A stretch of 64,000 nt of DNA from a bacterium (GCA_026414725.1 JAOAIL010000002.1:120783-184782); one strand, 5' to 3'. Counted from the stretch's first letter, positions 40,168 to 50,004 are shown. Translations and numbers: made by a program. Notes: a model not told the origin generated them from the sequence alone.

Positions 40168-41618
40168 AAAACAAAAGCACCGGGTTTTCTCTCCGTTTAA
40201 TACTCAGTTTAACAAGTGGCATTTTGTTTATTTTTGCTTTCCCCCCTTTCAATCTATGGCAAATAGCATTCTTTTCTCTAATTCCACTTTTGATAGCGAG
40301 TAGAGAAAAAGATAGTAAAAATTTTTTAATCGGACTTATTGGCGGATTCACCTTTTACTCCATCTCTTTTTTCTGGTTATATAAATTAGCAGGTCCTGTG
40401 TATCTTTTCCTTGCTCTATATCTTTCTATATACTGGGGGCTTTTCCTTTATCTTATTTTTGTATTACCTGCAACAGGAAGAATATTTACTGCAGGGGCTC
40501 TCTGGTTCTTTTTAGAGATTATTATTTCCTATCTTTTAACTGGCTTTCCATGGCTTCTTGCCGGACTTTCTCAATGGAATAATTCATATCTAATCAAATT
40601 AGCAGGTATATTTGGCATATATGGACTTTCTTTTATAGTTATCTCAGGCAATTTTACAATATTTTATTCCTTCCAAAAACGCCACTTTGTATCATGGTCT
40701 ATCTCTGTTATCATTTTTGTAACCTTATTTTTCTCACATTTTCCACAATCTCTCTCTACAAAAAACAAAGGAGAAACCTTAAAAGTAATGGTTGTACAGC
40801 CAAATATAGATAGTTTCCATAGAAATCCAGAAAAAGATATTGAAAAAGCGAAGACAATGACTATTGAATATTTAAAAAAAGAAAAGGTGGATGTCATTGT
40901 CTGGCCTGAAGGTATATATCCCGATATTATTATCCAGAATATAGATATTATTAATGACCTGAAAAAAATTACGAAAAAATATAATGTGGGAATTATACTC
41001 GGAACTTTTACAGGAAATGATAAAGAGATATTTAACTCTGCTTTACTTATTGAAGGAGAAAATATACAGATATATAATAAAACACATCTTGTCCCCTATG
41101 GAGAATTTATCCCTGGTGGCAGGATGAAAGTAATAACCAGAATATTTGAAAAAATGGCTGGATATATCCCATATATCAAACAAGGCAGTGAATTAGTACC
41201 TTTATCTTTTAGAGATAGAAAGATAGGCGTTTTGATATGTTTTGAGAATATATTTCCTTATATTACTGCTACACTCACTGAAAATGAAGCAGAATTATTT
41301 GTTGTGATTACAAATGATGGATGGTCTAAAATCTCTACAGGTCCTTATCAACATTTTATACACAATCCCATCAGAGCAGTAGAAACAGGAAGATATTTTA
41401 TTCAGAGTTCACTTACAGGTATAAGCGGAATTATTTCTAAGAATGGGTCTGTTGAAAATATTTTAAGTAGAAGTGGTAGTTACTTATTCATAGATGGAGT
41501 TATCATCCAGAATATACCAGTAGTACAGGGTAAAACATTATACTCAAGTTTCAGAGATATTCCATTATTTGTTCTGTCTGTTCTTATTACAGGATTATCC
41601 ATATGCAGAAAAAAATAG
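40164..41618 (+). CDS. lnt: Apolipoprotein N-acyltransferase
   Basis: Multi-TM N-terminal half followed by a CN-hydrolase domain (VVQPNI, WPE, ICFE). Confidence 0.85.
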   Translation: MKNKSTGFSLRLILSLTSGILFIFAFPPFNLWQIAFFSLIPLLIASREKDSKNFLIGLIGGFTFYSISFFWLYKLAGPVYLFLALYLSIYWGLFLYLIFVLPATGRIFTAGALWFFLEIIISYLLTGFPWLLAGLSQWNNSYLIKLAGIFGIYGLSFIVISGNFTIFYSFQKRHFVSWSISVIIFVTLFFSHFPQSLSTKNKGETLKVMVVQPNIDSFHRNPEKDIEKAKTMTIEYLKKEKVDVIVWPEGIYPDIIIQNIDIINDLKKITKKYNVGIILGTFTGNDKEIFNSALLIEGENIQIYNKTHLVPYGEFIPGGRMKVITRIFEKMAGYIPYIKQGSELVPLSFRDRKIGVLICFENIFPYITATLTENEAELFVVITNDGWSKISTGPYQHFIHNPIRAVETGRYFIQSSLTGISGIISKNGSVENILSRSGSYLFIDGVIIQNIPVVQGKTLYSSFRDIPLFVLSVLITGLSICRKK

Positions 41619-42244
41619 AGGAACTGGAAGCCGTTATAGAATATAGATTTAAAAGGAAACATCTTGTAGAGGAAGCTCTTACACATCCTTCCTGTGAAAA
41701 TAATATATCTTATGAACGGCTTGAATTTTTAGGAGATATTGTACTTGATGCCATTGTAGGAATACATCTTTTTAAAGAATTTCCATCTGCACCTGAATCC
41801 TTTTTAACAGACCTCAAAGCGGCATATGTGAATAAGAAATATCTACATAATACTGGAGAGAATATAAAACTACAAAGGTTTATACAGCACAGAACATCCG
41901 GAATCCCTTCATTAGATAACTTTATTGAAGCAATTATAGGTGCGATATATATTGACAGCGGATGGAAGAAAGCAGAAACGTTTGTAAAGAAATTCATACT
42001 CAATAAAAAAATAGAACCGATACAGAATTATAAAAATATCCTATCTTCTATTGCAAGAAGAAATTTTAAAACAGAACCGATATATGAACTTATATCAGAG
42101 AAGGGACCTCCACATAAAAAGGTATATACAGTGAAGGTTAAAATAAAAGGGAAAAAATACGTAGGTAAAGGTATTGCAGGGAATAAGAAAGAAGCAGGAA
42201 TGTTAGCAGCAAAACAACTTTTAGAGAAATTAGGTTTTATATAA
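41603..42244 (+). CDS. rnc: Ribonuclease III
   Basis: ERLEFLGD signature and a C-terminal dsRBD (GPPHKKVYTV...GKG..KKEA). Confidence 0.92.
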   Translation: MQKKIEELEAVIEYRFKRKHLVEEALTHPSCENNISYERLEFLGDIVLDAIVGIHLFKEFPSAPESFLTDLKAAYVNKKYLHNTGENIKLQRFIQHRTSGIPSLDNFIEAIIGAIYIDSGWKKAETFVKKFILNKKIEPIQNYKNILSSIARRNFKTEPIYELISEKGPPHKKVYTVKVKIKGKKYVGKGIAGNKKEAGMLAAKQLLEKLGFI

Positions 42245-42259
42245 CTTTATACTTTTGAC

Positions 42260-43840
42260 TTATTTCTTATGCACATAATACTGTTCTATAACTCCTGCTA
42301 AATTCATAGTCGTCCAGTATAGAAGAAGTCCTGATGAAAAGTTATAAAATAGCACCAGGAACATAACAGGCATCATATAAGTAAGTGCTTTCTGTGATGG
42401 CTCTTGTGGTGTAAGTTTCTGTTGATAGAATGAAGTAGCAGCCATTATTAAAGGTAAAAGATTTAATGGGAAACCAGATATTTTTATGATGGTATCAGGT
42501 ACAGATAGGTCTTTTATCCAGAGGATAAACGGCGCTCCTCTTAAAAATACAGAATTCCGCAGGGCTATAAAGAAACCAATAAATATGGGAAATTGTACAA
42601 ACATAGGAAGGCATCCCCCAAAAGGATTTATCTTATATTCTCTGTAAAGATTCATAAGTTCTTTCTGCATCTGCTGAGGATTATCTTTATATTTTTTCTG
42701 GATATCCTGAAGATATGGTCTTAACTTCTGAAGTGCCTTCATTGACCTTAAACTTTTTTGAGTAAGCGGGAAGAATACAATTTTTATAATCAATGTAAGA
42801 ATTATTATAGCCCAACCCCAGTTAGGAATAACGCGGTGTATATAAGAAAGGATAGTAAATAAAAACCTTCCCATTAATGAGAAAAAACCTGTTCCGAATA
42901 TTTCCTTTTCTTTTACTTCATTTTTAGCCACAAAATAGTCAGAAGGACCTGCATAAATGGAAAGTCCTATATTTTTTGTCTCTCCTGAAAGCACTTCCAA
43001 ATTATCATAAAGAAAACCAGTTCTTATGAAATTATCTGTTGAGATAGATATAAAACATTTCTGAGGGTGCAATGGTTTGATAAAAAGTAGTCCATATCTC
43101 TGTTTCAATGCAATCCACTCAGTATTTTCATATACAGAACTTTTCTTAATTCTTGCGATATTAATCTTTTGAACTTTTCCATTATCCTTTATGAGAATTT
43201 CAGGTGGTGTATATTCTCTATCAGTACGAGTTTTCATATATGGAGTAGAGATATTAAATGTACCTGTTGAGAGTATATAATTTTTAAGATATTTTGTATC
43301 CTTCCCTTTGTTAGAGATATTTATTGTAGTCCTGAAAGTATGAAGTTCGGAAGGAACATTTATAATCTTTTCTATCAGGACATCTTCTTTAAAAGATTGA
43401 AAACACAATGTGTTTTCTGATATGGTTGAAGAATATGGTTGATATGCATCATCTGGTTCATCAAGAGAAGATAAGAGTAAAATATCTGTCCCATCAAAAA
43501 TGGTAAGAGCTTTTTCTTTCTCTTTTCTATATTTCTTAATACCGATATTATTGATTATTCCGCCATTAAGAGTATATTTTATGATGTAAAGAGAATCTTC
43601 ATATATCTTCTCCTCTCCTGTTTTTTCAGAGGGTGTCGGCAATAAAACATCTCTTTCTGAAGGTGTTTCTTTAACTGATATTGTTGATTGTGGTACTGGG
43701 TTTTGAGAAGTTTCTTGCCGTGGTGCTTTTATTCTCCCGAAAACAATAATTATAATGAGTGCAAGAGCAACAGCAATAATTAGCCGAACTTCTTCTCTTA
43801 TCTTATCCATATCTCTCCACAGGGTCATATCCCCCTTCAT
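42260..43840 (-). CDS. yidC: Membrane protein insertase YidC
   Basis: N-terminal TM, a large periplasmic domain and a conserved 60-kDa IMP core (NPFGGCLPM, LLYWTTMN). Confidence 0.9.
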   Translation of the reverse strand: MKGDMTLWRDMDKIREEVRLIIAVALALIIIIVFGRIKAPRQETSQNPVPQSTISVKETPSERDVLLPTPSEKTGEEKIYEDSLYIIKYTLNGGIINNIGIKKYRKEKEKALTIFDGTDILLLSSLDEPDDAYQPYSSTISENTLCFQSFKEDVLIEKIINVPSELHTFRTTINISNKGKDTKYLKNYILSTGTFNISTPYMKTRTDREYTPPEILIKDNGKVQKINIARIKKSSVYENTEWIALKQRYGLLFIKPLHPQKCFISISTDNFIRTGFLYDNLEVLSGETKNIGLSIYAGPSDYFVAKNEVKEKEIFGTGFFSLMGRFLFTILSYIHRVIPNWGWAIIILTLIIKIVFFPLTQKSLRSMKALQKLRPYLQDIQKKYKDNPQQMQKELMNLYREYKINPFGGCLPMFVQFPIFIGFFIALRNSVFLRGAPFILWIKDLSVPDTIIKISGFPLNLLPLIMAATSFYQQKLTPQEPSQKALTYMMPVMFLVLFYNFSSGLLLYWTTMNLAGVIEQYYVHKK

Positions 43841-44021
43841 TAAAAGGATGGCATTTCAATATTCTTTTTATACCTAAAACAGTTCCTTTTACAGCACCAA
43901 ATTTTTCTATCGCTTCTATTGTAAAGGCAGAGCAACTTGGATAAAATCTACATCTTCTTCCCAAAAATGTTGCAATAAAAATTTTATAACCCTTTATAAA
44001 AAAGATTAATATCTGTCGCAT
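43803..44021 (-). CDS. yidD: Membrane protein insertion efficiency factor YidD
   Basis: CRFYPSCS...KCHPF...GGYDPV signature. Confidence 0.9.
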   Translation of the reverse strand: MRQILIFFIKGYKIFIATFLGRRCRFYPSCSAFTIEAIEKFGAVKGTVLGIKRILKCHPFNEGGYDPVERYG

Positions 44022-44308
44022 TTTATTTTCTTCGCCACTCTTTCAAGTTCTGTAAGAAAAGCCCCTATCTCTTTTCTATTAATAACTTTATATAGAATAA
44101 ATAAATAATCCCCTTTTTTAAACTGTTTTCGCCAGAATTCTCTTATAATCCGCTTGGTATAATTTCTCTGTGATGCTTTGCCTATTTTACTACTTGTAAG
44201 AAATCCTATTTTATAGTGTTCTAAAGGAAGTATACAGATTTTAAACCATGACGTTTTGTAATGTTTACTTTTTTCTTTCAGGAGAAGTATTTTTCTTTTT
44301 ATTCGCAT
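44006..44308 (-). CDS. rnpA: Ribonuclease P protein component
   Basis: 100 aa, basic, with an [10 protein letters not shown] (RNR-type) motif; lies between rpmH and yidD. Confidence 0.8.
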   Translation of the reverse strand: MRIKRKILLLKEKSKHYKTSWFKICILPLEHYKIGFLTSSKIGKASQRNYTKRIIREFWRKQFKKGDYLFILYKVINRKEIGAFLTELERVAKKIKCDRY

Positions 44309-44436
44309 GCAAGTCGTGCTCTTCCTTTTCTCCTCCTGTTATTTATAACCTTTCTACCGCTTTTCGTACGCATCCTTGCCAAAAACCCCACTTTTCTCTT
44401 TTTCTTCAGTTTATGTGGTTTATATGTTACAGACAT
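44299..44436 (-). CDS. rpmH: 50S ribosomal protein L34 (not in the ORF track; 45 aa)
   Basis: My minus-strand translation is [52 protein letters not shown] Shine-Dalgarno upstream; overlaps the rnpA start by 10 nt. Confidence 0.9.
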   Translation of the reverse strand: MSVTYKPHKLKKKRKVGFLARMRTKSGRKVINNRRRKGRARLACE

Positions 44437-44466
44437 ATCCTCTCCTTTTTTAGAACTTAGGTTTTA

Positions 44467-44495
44467 ATTATACTCTTTTAAAGAGATATCTTCAA
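44467..44495 (-). promoter_or_regulatory. Sigma70-like promoter for rpmH-rnpA-yidD-yidC
   Basis: The minus strand reads TTGAAG (44495-44490), a 17-nt spacer, then TATAAT (44472-44467). It overlaps the surE 3' end. Confidence 0.4.
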
Positions 44496-45242
44496 ACTTT
44501 TCTGTAGATATAAAAAAAATCTGTAATTGGTCAAATCAAGATGTAAAGGAGTCACAGATACATATCCTTCCTTAACTTTTTCTACATCACTTTCTTTTTC
44601 ATTATCTAATCTTCTAAATATACCTTTAAGCCAGTAATATGAATTACCACGGGGGTCCTTGCGTTCCTCATACTCTTCCTCATATCTTGCTTTACTCTGA
44701 TAAGTAACACATATACCCTTTATTTTTGAAAGAGGTCTATCAGGAACATTGATATTAATAATTGTATCCGGTGGAATTTTAATATCTTCCATGTCCTTTA
44801 TTATTTTTAATGCCATCTTTGCCGCTGTATCAAAACAGTAACTTTTTCCACAATCAAGAGAAACAGCAAAAGAGGGGATACCTAATATAGCACCCTCTGC
44901 AGCAGCAGAAACAGTACCTGAATAGAGTATATCCATTCCCATATTTGACTGAGGATTTATACCAGACACCACCATATCTGGCTTTTTCTTCAGTATTGAA
45001 CTCACTCCAATTTTAACACAATCAACAGGAGTTCCATTTACTATCCACCCCTTATATCCTTTTTCTACTGCTACCTTTTTTATTTTGAGTGGTACAAAAA
45101 GATTAATAGCATGGGCGATAGCACTTTTTTCTGTTTCAGGAACAACAACATATACATTGTATCTCGTCTTCAGATATTTCCAGAGAACCTTCAACCCCTC
45201 TGAGTAAACCCCATCATCATTTGTAAGTAGTACGGTTTTCAT
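44478..45242 (-). CDS. surE: 5'/3'-nucleotidase SurE
   Basis: LLTNDDG N-terminus and the GINPQSNMG and YSGTVSAA motifs. Confidence 0.93.
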   Translation of the reverse strand: MKTVLLTNDDGVYSEGLKVLWKYLKTRYNVYVVVPETEKSAIAHAINLFVPLKIKKVAVEKGYKGWIVNGTPVDCVKIGVSSILKKKPDMVVSGINPQSNMGMDILYSGTVSAAAEGAILGIPSFAVSLDCGKSYCFDTAAKMALKIIKDMEDIKIPPDTIININVPDRPLSKIKGICVTYQSKARYEEEYEERKDPRGNSYYWLKGIFRRLDNEKESDVEKVKEGYVSVTPLHLDLTNYRFFLYLQKSLKISL

Positions 45243-45245
45243 TTC

Positions 45246-46178
45246 TTAATAAAGGCCCAAATCCTGTTCCATCGCTTTCAAATCTCGTTTTTTGTTAAGT
45301 AATTCTTTAATCTGTTCCGGCCTGTAATTGCGGAACTGTGTACTGAAATCCCTTTCAGAATTAGAAAGGATATTATGTAACCTGGAAAGAGCTGTTTCTG
45401 GAATTATTATTCTGGGGCGTGAATTCCATTTTCTAAAAGCAAATTTCAACCTTTCTACTGCTTTTTCTATGTTATTTGAAAATTCTATTTCAAAAGCAAA
45501 AGTAGGGGCACCATTAATTTCTCTCTTCCATACAACATCAATACTCTTTCTTTCTAATTCAAGTTCTAATGGATACTCTAATTCAGAATAATAATTTTGT
45601 AGTTTTCCTACCTCAGCAAGGTAGTTCTGTAATTCTAGATGAGGGGAAACAATAGGTGTTGTTACCACAGGTACAGTTTTAGAATCAGATTCTTTTATTC
45701 CTATTGATGGAACCATCTCTGGAGTTTGTATGATAGAAGATCCCTCATATAAAGATTCAAAAGAACCAAATACTTTCTCTGCACGTTTTAATAATTCTGG
45801 TAGTAAATTGGAAGGTACATTCTGGAATCCTTGTTGCCAGAAGAGATTAAAATCATTAATCCGTATAGAACTCCTTTCCCATTCTTCAATAGGCAATATT
45901 TTCAATATATGAATTCTAAAACGCAAAGGCCAAACTACATACTTTTTCTCTAATTCTTCAGGCCATATAAGAGTTTTTGTATCAACATATCTATCTTTTA
46001 CCTTACCGATTCCAATTATTCCCTTAACGGGAGAGGTAACATACAACCATAAATTATCTCCTTCTTTCACAGATTGAAATGGAAGAGTATACTGTTGTTT
46101 CAATCCCCATATAGGTACAGGTTGGGAAAGGGCAGTTATCCAGTTTTTTTTGATACCTATTACCAGCCAGTGGTTCAT
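45246..46178 (-). CDS. Hypothetical two-domain protein: N-terminal PUA-like (EVE/ASCH-type) domain plus a C-terminal possible PD-(D/E)xK-like module
   Basis: Start trimmed to the ATG at 46178, with AGGAG 5 nt upstream. The track ORF's first 29 codons overlap tRNA-Ala. The N-terminus reads HWLVIGIKKNW..IWGLK..GDNLWLYV..GIIGIGKV. The C-terminus reads SIDVVWKRE..FAFEIEFS..RPRIIIPE. The CDS is well supported; the function is inferred. Confidence 0.5.
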   Translation of the reverse strand: MNHWLVIGIKKNWITALSQPVPIWGLKQQYTLPFQSVKEGDNLWLYVTSPVKGIIGIGKVKDRYVDTKTLIWPEELEKKYVVWPLRFRIHILKILPIEEWERSSIRINDFNLFWQQGFQNVPSNLLPELLKRAEKVFGSFESLYEGSSIIQTPEMVPSIGIKESDSKTVPVVTTPIVSPHLELQNYLAEVGKLQNYYSELEYPLELELERKSIDVVWKREINGAPTFAFEIEFSNNIEKAVERLKFAFRKWNSRPRIIIPETALSRLHNILSNSERDFSTQFRNYRPEQIKELLNKKRDLKAMEQDLGLY

Positions 46179-46199
46179 TTTAACTCCTATTATGCAAAG

Positions 46200-46271
46200 T
46201 GGAGCAGACCGGACTTGAACCGGCAACCTTCCGCATGCGAAGCGGACGCTCTCCCATTGAGCCACTGCCCC
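46200..46271 (-). tRNA. tRNA-Ala (anticodon CGC), no encoded CCA
   Basis: Manual cloverleaf on the minus strand: acceptor GGGGCAG/CTGCTCC with the G3:U70 Ala identity pair, anticodon loop TTCGCAT, and T arm GCCGG-TTCAAGT-CCGGT. Confidence 0.93.
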
Positions 46272-46284
46272 TATTGTTTTAAGT

Positions 46285-46314
46285 ATTATACTATGCAGGA
46301 TACATAATCTGCAA
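46285..46314 (-). promoter_or_regulatory. Sigma70-like promoter for tRNA-Ala, probably also serving the downstream EVE-like gene
   Basis: The minus strand reads TTGCAG (46314-46309), an 18-nt spacer, then TATAAT (46290-46285), ending 13 nt before the tRNA 5' end. Confidence 0.45.
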
Positions 46315-46376
46315 TTGCATATCTATTATGATCAAAGTAGAAACAAAGAGAGGGAAGAATATAAAATTCTTTTAAA

Positions 46377-47720
46377 TTATTCTATATATCTATCTTCGGT
46401 AATTTCTTTACACTTGATTTTTTCTTTTATAGTATCTATATCACATAAGGAACTTATTTCCACATTCACATCAGGAGATACTTTTATTCCTGTTTCTTGC
46501 AATTTCTTTCTGTAAAAGTTCAACATCGCTTTTTTTACTTCTTCTGGGGAATCCTCACCCTCTTTATTTTTAAGAGGAGCAAACTCATCTTCTCTAAGTG
46601 TTTCTACACAACATACCTTATTTGCAAAGGGGATCGCATCAAAAACAAATGTTTCAAACTTCCATATCTCTTTTTCTTCATTACCTATCTTTGCTTTTTT
46701 TATCTGTCTGTGATAGGGCAGGATAAAACCACCCAGGTTGAGTTTTCTAATAAAAGATGTCTCTATGAAGTGTATTCCAATACTTCCTGCCCAGAATATA
46801 AGGTTGCCATTAATATCTTTCTGATTTCTTAATTCATCAGGAAATTCTATATATTCAATAATTCGTGGTTTACCATCAGCCATAACAAAATGTCCTACCT
46901 TTTCTTCAGGATTCCTTTTTTTCACTACTTTAAGTGAAAACTCTGCACCCTGTTTTATATGCCATCCAAGAAAAACAGGGTCATTAACATTCACCAGAGG
47001 ATTATCTATATGACAGTAAAAAATTCTCTTTACCCCCTGTTTTTCCATTCTCTCTATAAATCCTGATTGATATACTGCTTTAAGCGAACCACCATGTCCA
47101 TCTGGATTTGCAAATATAGAAGTTTTATCCTTTATTATAAGTTTTCTATCAGGTGTTAAAGAAGGCAGGATATCCTGATTGAAAAAGTAAACGTTTTTCC
47201 CATCAAGACCAAAAAATTTATTTTCTCTGAAAAATTCCTGTATAAGACCATAAGTTTCAGGATTTGTCATTATAAGCAACGGAATTTTTACATTATATTT
47301 CATGGAAAGCATAAGCAACTTCTCAGAAAATATCTGAAACAGGGACTTATTCTTGATAGGAGAGATAGGGTACATCCCTTTTGGATAAGGATAACCAAGT
47401 CGTGAACCCTGTCCTCCCGCTACAATCATCACTGCTGTTTCACCATTTCTAATACTCTCTTCTCCTACTGGCAGTATCCCCTCTTTTTCACTCTCATAAA
47501 GTTTAATGTCTATTATAGGATGTGGCTTAATTTCTCTATATTTTTTTTCTTCTTTTTCTTTTGAAAATTCTTCATATAACTGAAAGACAAGTTTAAAATT
47601 CATAGTATTGAGATTTTGAATAAAAATATCTTTCTCTTTTTCATTAAGCAGTCCGATATGATGTATAATATGCCCCTGTCCATATTCTTCCAATAACTCA
47701 ATTATTTTTCTTTCCGACAT
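46377..47720 (-). CDS. UDPGP-family UDP-sugar pyrophosphorylase (eukaryotic UAP1-type)
   Basis: VAGGQGSRLGYPYPKGM and NPDGHGG motifs, typical of UDP-N-acetylglucosamine/UTP-hexose-1-P uridylyltransferases. Confidence 0.8.
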   Translation of the reverse strand: MSERKIIELLEEYGQGHIIHHIGLLNEKEKDIFIQNLNTMNFKLVFQLYEEFSKEKEEKKYREIKPHPIIDIKLYESEKEGILPVGEESIRNGETAVMIVAGGQGSRLGYPYPKGMYPISPIKNKSLFQIFSEKLLMLSMKYNVKIPLLIMTNPETYGLIQEFFRENKFFGLDGKNVYFFNQDILPSLTPDRKLIIKDKTSIFANPDGHGGSLKAVYQSGFIERMEKQGVKRIFYCHIDNPLVNVNDPVFLGWHIKQGAEFSLKVVKKRNPEEKVGHFVMADGKPRIIEYIEFPDELRNQKDINGNLIFWAGSIGIHFIETSFIRKLNLGGFILPYHRQIKKAKIGNEEKEIWKFETFVFDAIPFANKVCCVETLREDEFAPLKNKEGEDSPEEVKKAMLNFYRKKLQETGIKVSPDVNVEISSLCDIDTIKEKIKCKEITEDRYIE

Positions 47721-47773
47721 AACTCCTTCTCCTTTTTCTAATATAACATTTGATATGGTATCTTAATTATATT

Positions 47774-48718
47774 ATGGGTATGCTTATTAAAGCAAAAACA
47801 TTGCTGATAGTAATAGGTGGACCTACTGGTATTGGGAAATCATCCATCGCATATAATCTTGCCCTAAAACTAAACGGAGAAATTATATCTGCAGATAGTA
47901 TGCAGTTTTACAGAGAAATAAATATAGGGACAGATAAAGTTCCTTTATGGATGAGAGAAAAAGTGTCTCATCATTTAATTGACTTTCTCTCTATATATGA
48001 TGATTTTGATGTATATCAGTTCATAAAACTAGCAACAGAAAAAATAGATGAGATATTGAAAAAAGGTAGAATACCCATAGTAGTAGGTGGTAGCGGTCTA
48101 TACTTAAGAAGTTTACTGAAAGGTATTTTTTATATTCCTGACGAGATGAAAGAGAAACAGAGAGACATAAGAAATAATCTTGAAAGAGAACCAACAGAAA
48201 AACTATATCATATGCTTCAAAAAATTGACCCTTCACTCGTGAAAGTGCTCCATCCTAATGATAGGAAAAGGATAAGACGGGCACTGGAGGTATATCAACT
48301 TACAGGAAGGACTATGAGTTCTTTACAGAAAGAAAAGACCTCTCCACTTCCAGAAAATATTCACACATATTATTATATACTGACAAGAGATAGAGTCGAG
48401 ATGTATAATATAATAGAAAAGCGGGTAGAAAGGATGTTTGAAAATGGCTGGGTTAGAGAAGTAGAAGAACTAAAGATAAAGGGTTATGAGGAATATCTGA
48501 AAAAGAAAGCACCTATAGGTTATAAGGAAATTATGGAATATCTTGATGGTAGATACAATATAAATGAGTTAAAAGAACTTATAAAGAAAAAAACAAAAAA
48601 TTTGGCAAAAAGACAATTAACATGGTTTAAAAAAGAAGATGGGATATGGATTAAAATTGAAGGGGAAGGAGAAAAAATAGTCAGTGAAATAACAGAAAAG
48701 ATAAGGAGGGTGATATGA
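47774..48718 (+). CDS. miaA: tRNA dimethylallyltransferase
   Basis: P-loop GGPTGIGKS, SADSMQFY and AKRQLTWF motifs. The start is uncertain (ATG 47774 or 47780, or TTG 47750). Confidence 0.9.
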   Translation: MGMLIKAKTLLIVIGGPTGIGKSSIAYNLALKLNGEIISADSMQFYREINIGTDKVPLWMREKVSHHLIDFLSIYDDFDVYQFIKLATEKIDEILKKGRIPIVVGGSGLYLRSLLKGIFYIPDEMKEKQRDIRNNLEREPTEKLYHMLQKIDPSLVKVLHPNDRKRIRRALEVYQLTGRTMSSLQKEKTSPLPENIHTYYYILTRDRVEMYNIIEKRVERMFENGWVREVEELKIKGYEEYLKKKAPIGYKEIMEYLDGRYNINELKELIKKKTKNLAKRQLTWFKKEDGIWIKIEGEGEKIVSEITEKIRRVI

Positions 48719-50004
48719 TACCGAGATATACAAGAAAGGAAATGGCAGAGATATGGAGTGAGGAAAATAAGTTCAGGAAATGGTTAGATGTAGAAATAGC
48801 CGCACTGGAGGGATGGAACAGGATAGGTGTTATACCTGAAGAAGCAGTTAATGATATAAAACAAAAAGCGAGAATTGATGTAGAAAGAATACAGGAAATA
48901 GAAAAGGTAACCAACCATGATATGATTGCATTTGTAGAACAGGTAAGCAGTACTGTAGGAGAAAACGGCAGGTATATTCATTACGGACTCACCTCTTCTG
49001 ATATTCTGGATACTTCTCTTGCTTTACTTTTGAGAGAATCCGGTGAAATTATACTGAAAGATATTGAAATACTAATAAATGCGCTTAGAGATAAAGCAAT
49101 TGCCTTTAAAGATGTTGTAATGATGGGTAGAACTCATGGAGTTCATGCAGAACCCATAACATTAGGTTTTAAGCTTGCTGGATGGTATTATGAGTTTGTA
49201 AGAAATTATGAGCGGATGGAGAGAGCAATAGAGGAAATAAGTGTAGGAAAACTTTCTGGAGCAGTAGGGACATTCTCAAATATAGACCCGCGAGTGGAAG
49301 AATATGTATGTGAAAAACTATCTTTAAAACAGGAAAAGTTTTCAACTCAGATTATCTCAAGAGATAGACATGGTTATTTCCTAAGTATTCTTGGTGTCGT
49401 AGCATCTTCCTGCGAAAAAGTTGCATTACAGATACGGCTGATGCAACAGACAGAGGTTGGAGAAGCAGCAGAACCTTTTGGGAAAGGGCAGAAGGGGTCA
49501 TCTGCTATGCCACATAAACGAAATCCAATCCTATGTGAAAGAATATGCGGATTATCACGTGTAATAAAGAAAAACGTAAATGCTGCATTAGAGAATGTTG
49601 CACTCTGGTATGAGAGAGATATAAGCCACTCTTCTGCTGAGAGAATTTTATTCCCTGAATCACTTACCCTTTTAGATTATATCCTTGCACTGCTCAATAA
49701 AGTTATTTCAGGACTGGATATATCTGAAACAAATATAGAAAAAAATCTTTATCTTACGGGCAGGGTTTTCTTTTCTCAAAGATTACTTAACTCTCTCGCA
49801 ATGAAAGGACTACCGAGAGAGAAAGCATATGAGATTGTCCAAAAGAAGGCATTTGAAACAATAGAGAAAAAAGATGATTTTGTCAGGGTTATAAAGGCAT
49901 CTCCGGAGATAAAGAAATATCTGACAGATGCAGAGCTCGAAGATATCTTTGACGTTAAGCAATTGTTAAAAAACCTTGACAAACTTTTTGAAGGACTTAA
50001 ATGA
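48715..50004 (+). CDS. purB: Adenylosuccinate lyase
   Basis: Fumarate-lyase signature GSSAMPHKRNP and N-terminus RYTRKEM..IWS. Confidence 0.95.
   Translation: MIPRYTRKEMAEIWSEENKFRKWLDVEIAALEGWNRIGVIPEEAVNDIKQKARIDVERIQEIEKVTNHDMIAFVEQVSSTVGENGRYIHYGLTSSDILDTSLALLLRESGEIILKDIEILINALRDKAIAFKDVVMMGRTHGVHAEPITLGFKLAGWYYEFVRNYERMERAIEEISVGKLSGAVGTFSNIDPRVEEYVCEKLSLKQEKFSTQIISRDRHGYFLSILGVVASSCEKVALQIRLMQQTEVGEAAEPFGKGQKGSSAMPHKRNPILCERICGLSRVIKKNVNAALENVALWYERDISHSSAERILFPESLTLLDYILALLNKVISGLDISETNIEKNLYLTGRVFFSQRLLNSLAMKGLPREKAYEIVQKKAFETIEKKDDFVRVIKASPEIKKYLTDAELEDIFDVKQLLKNLDKLFEGLK

Noticed and set aside
44299-44520. Replication origin next to rpmH, which classically neighbours dnaA/oriC
   Set aside because: There is no dnaA gene. 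surE sits upstream of rpmH, the spacer is only about 40 nt, and I saw no cluster of TTATCCACA-like DnaA boxes.
46179-46265. N-terminal 29-codon extension of the 339-aa track ORF, and the plus-strand ORF 46074-46307
   Set aside because: Both run through the tRNA-Ala gene (46200-46271). A strong AGGAG Shine-Dalgarno precedes the internal ATG at 46178, so the extension and the plus-strand ORF are artefacts.
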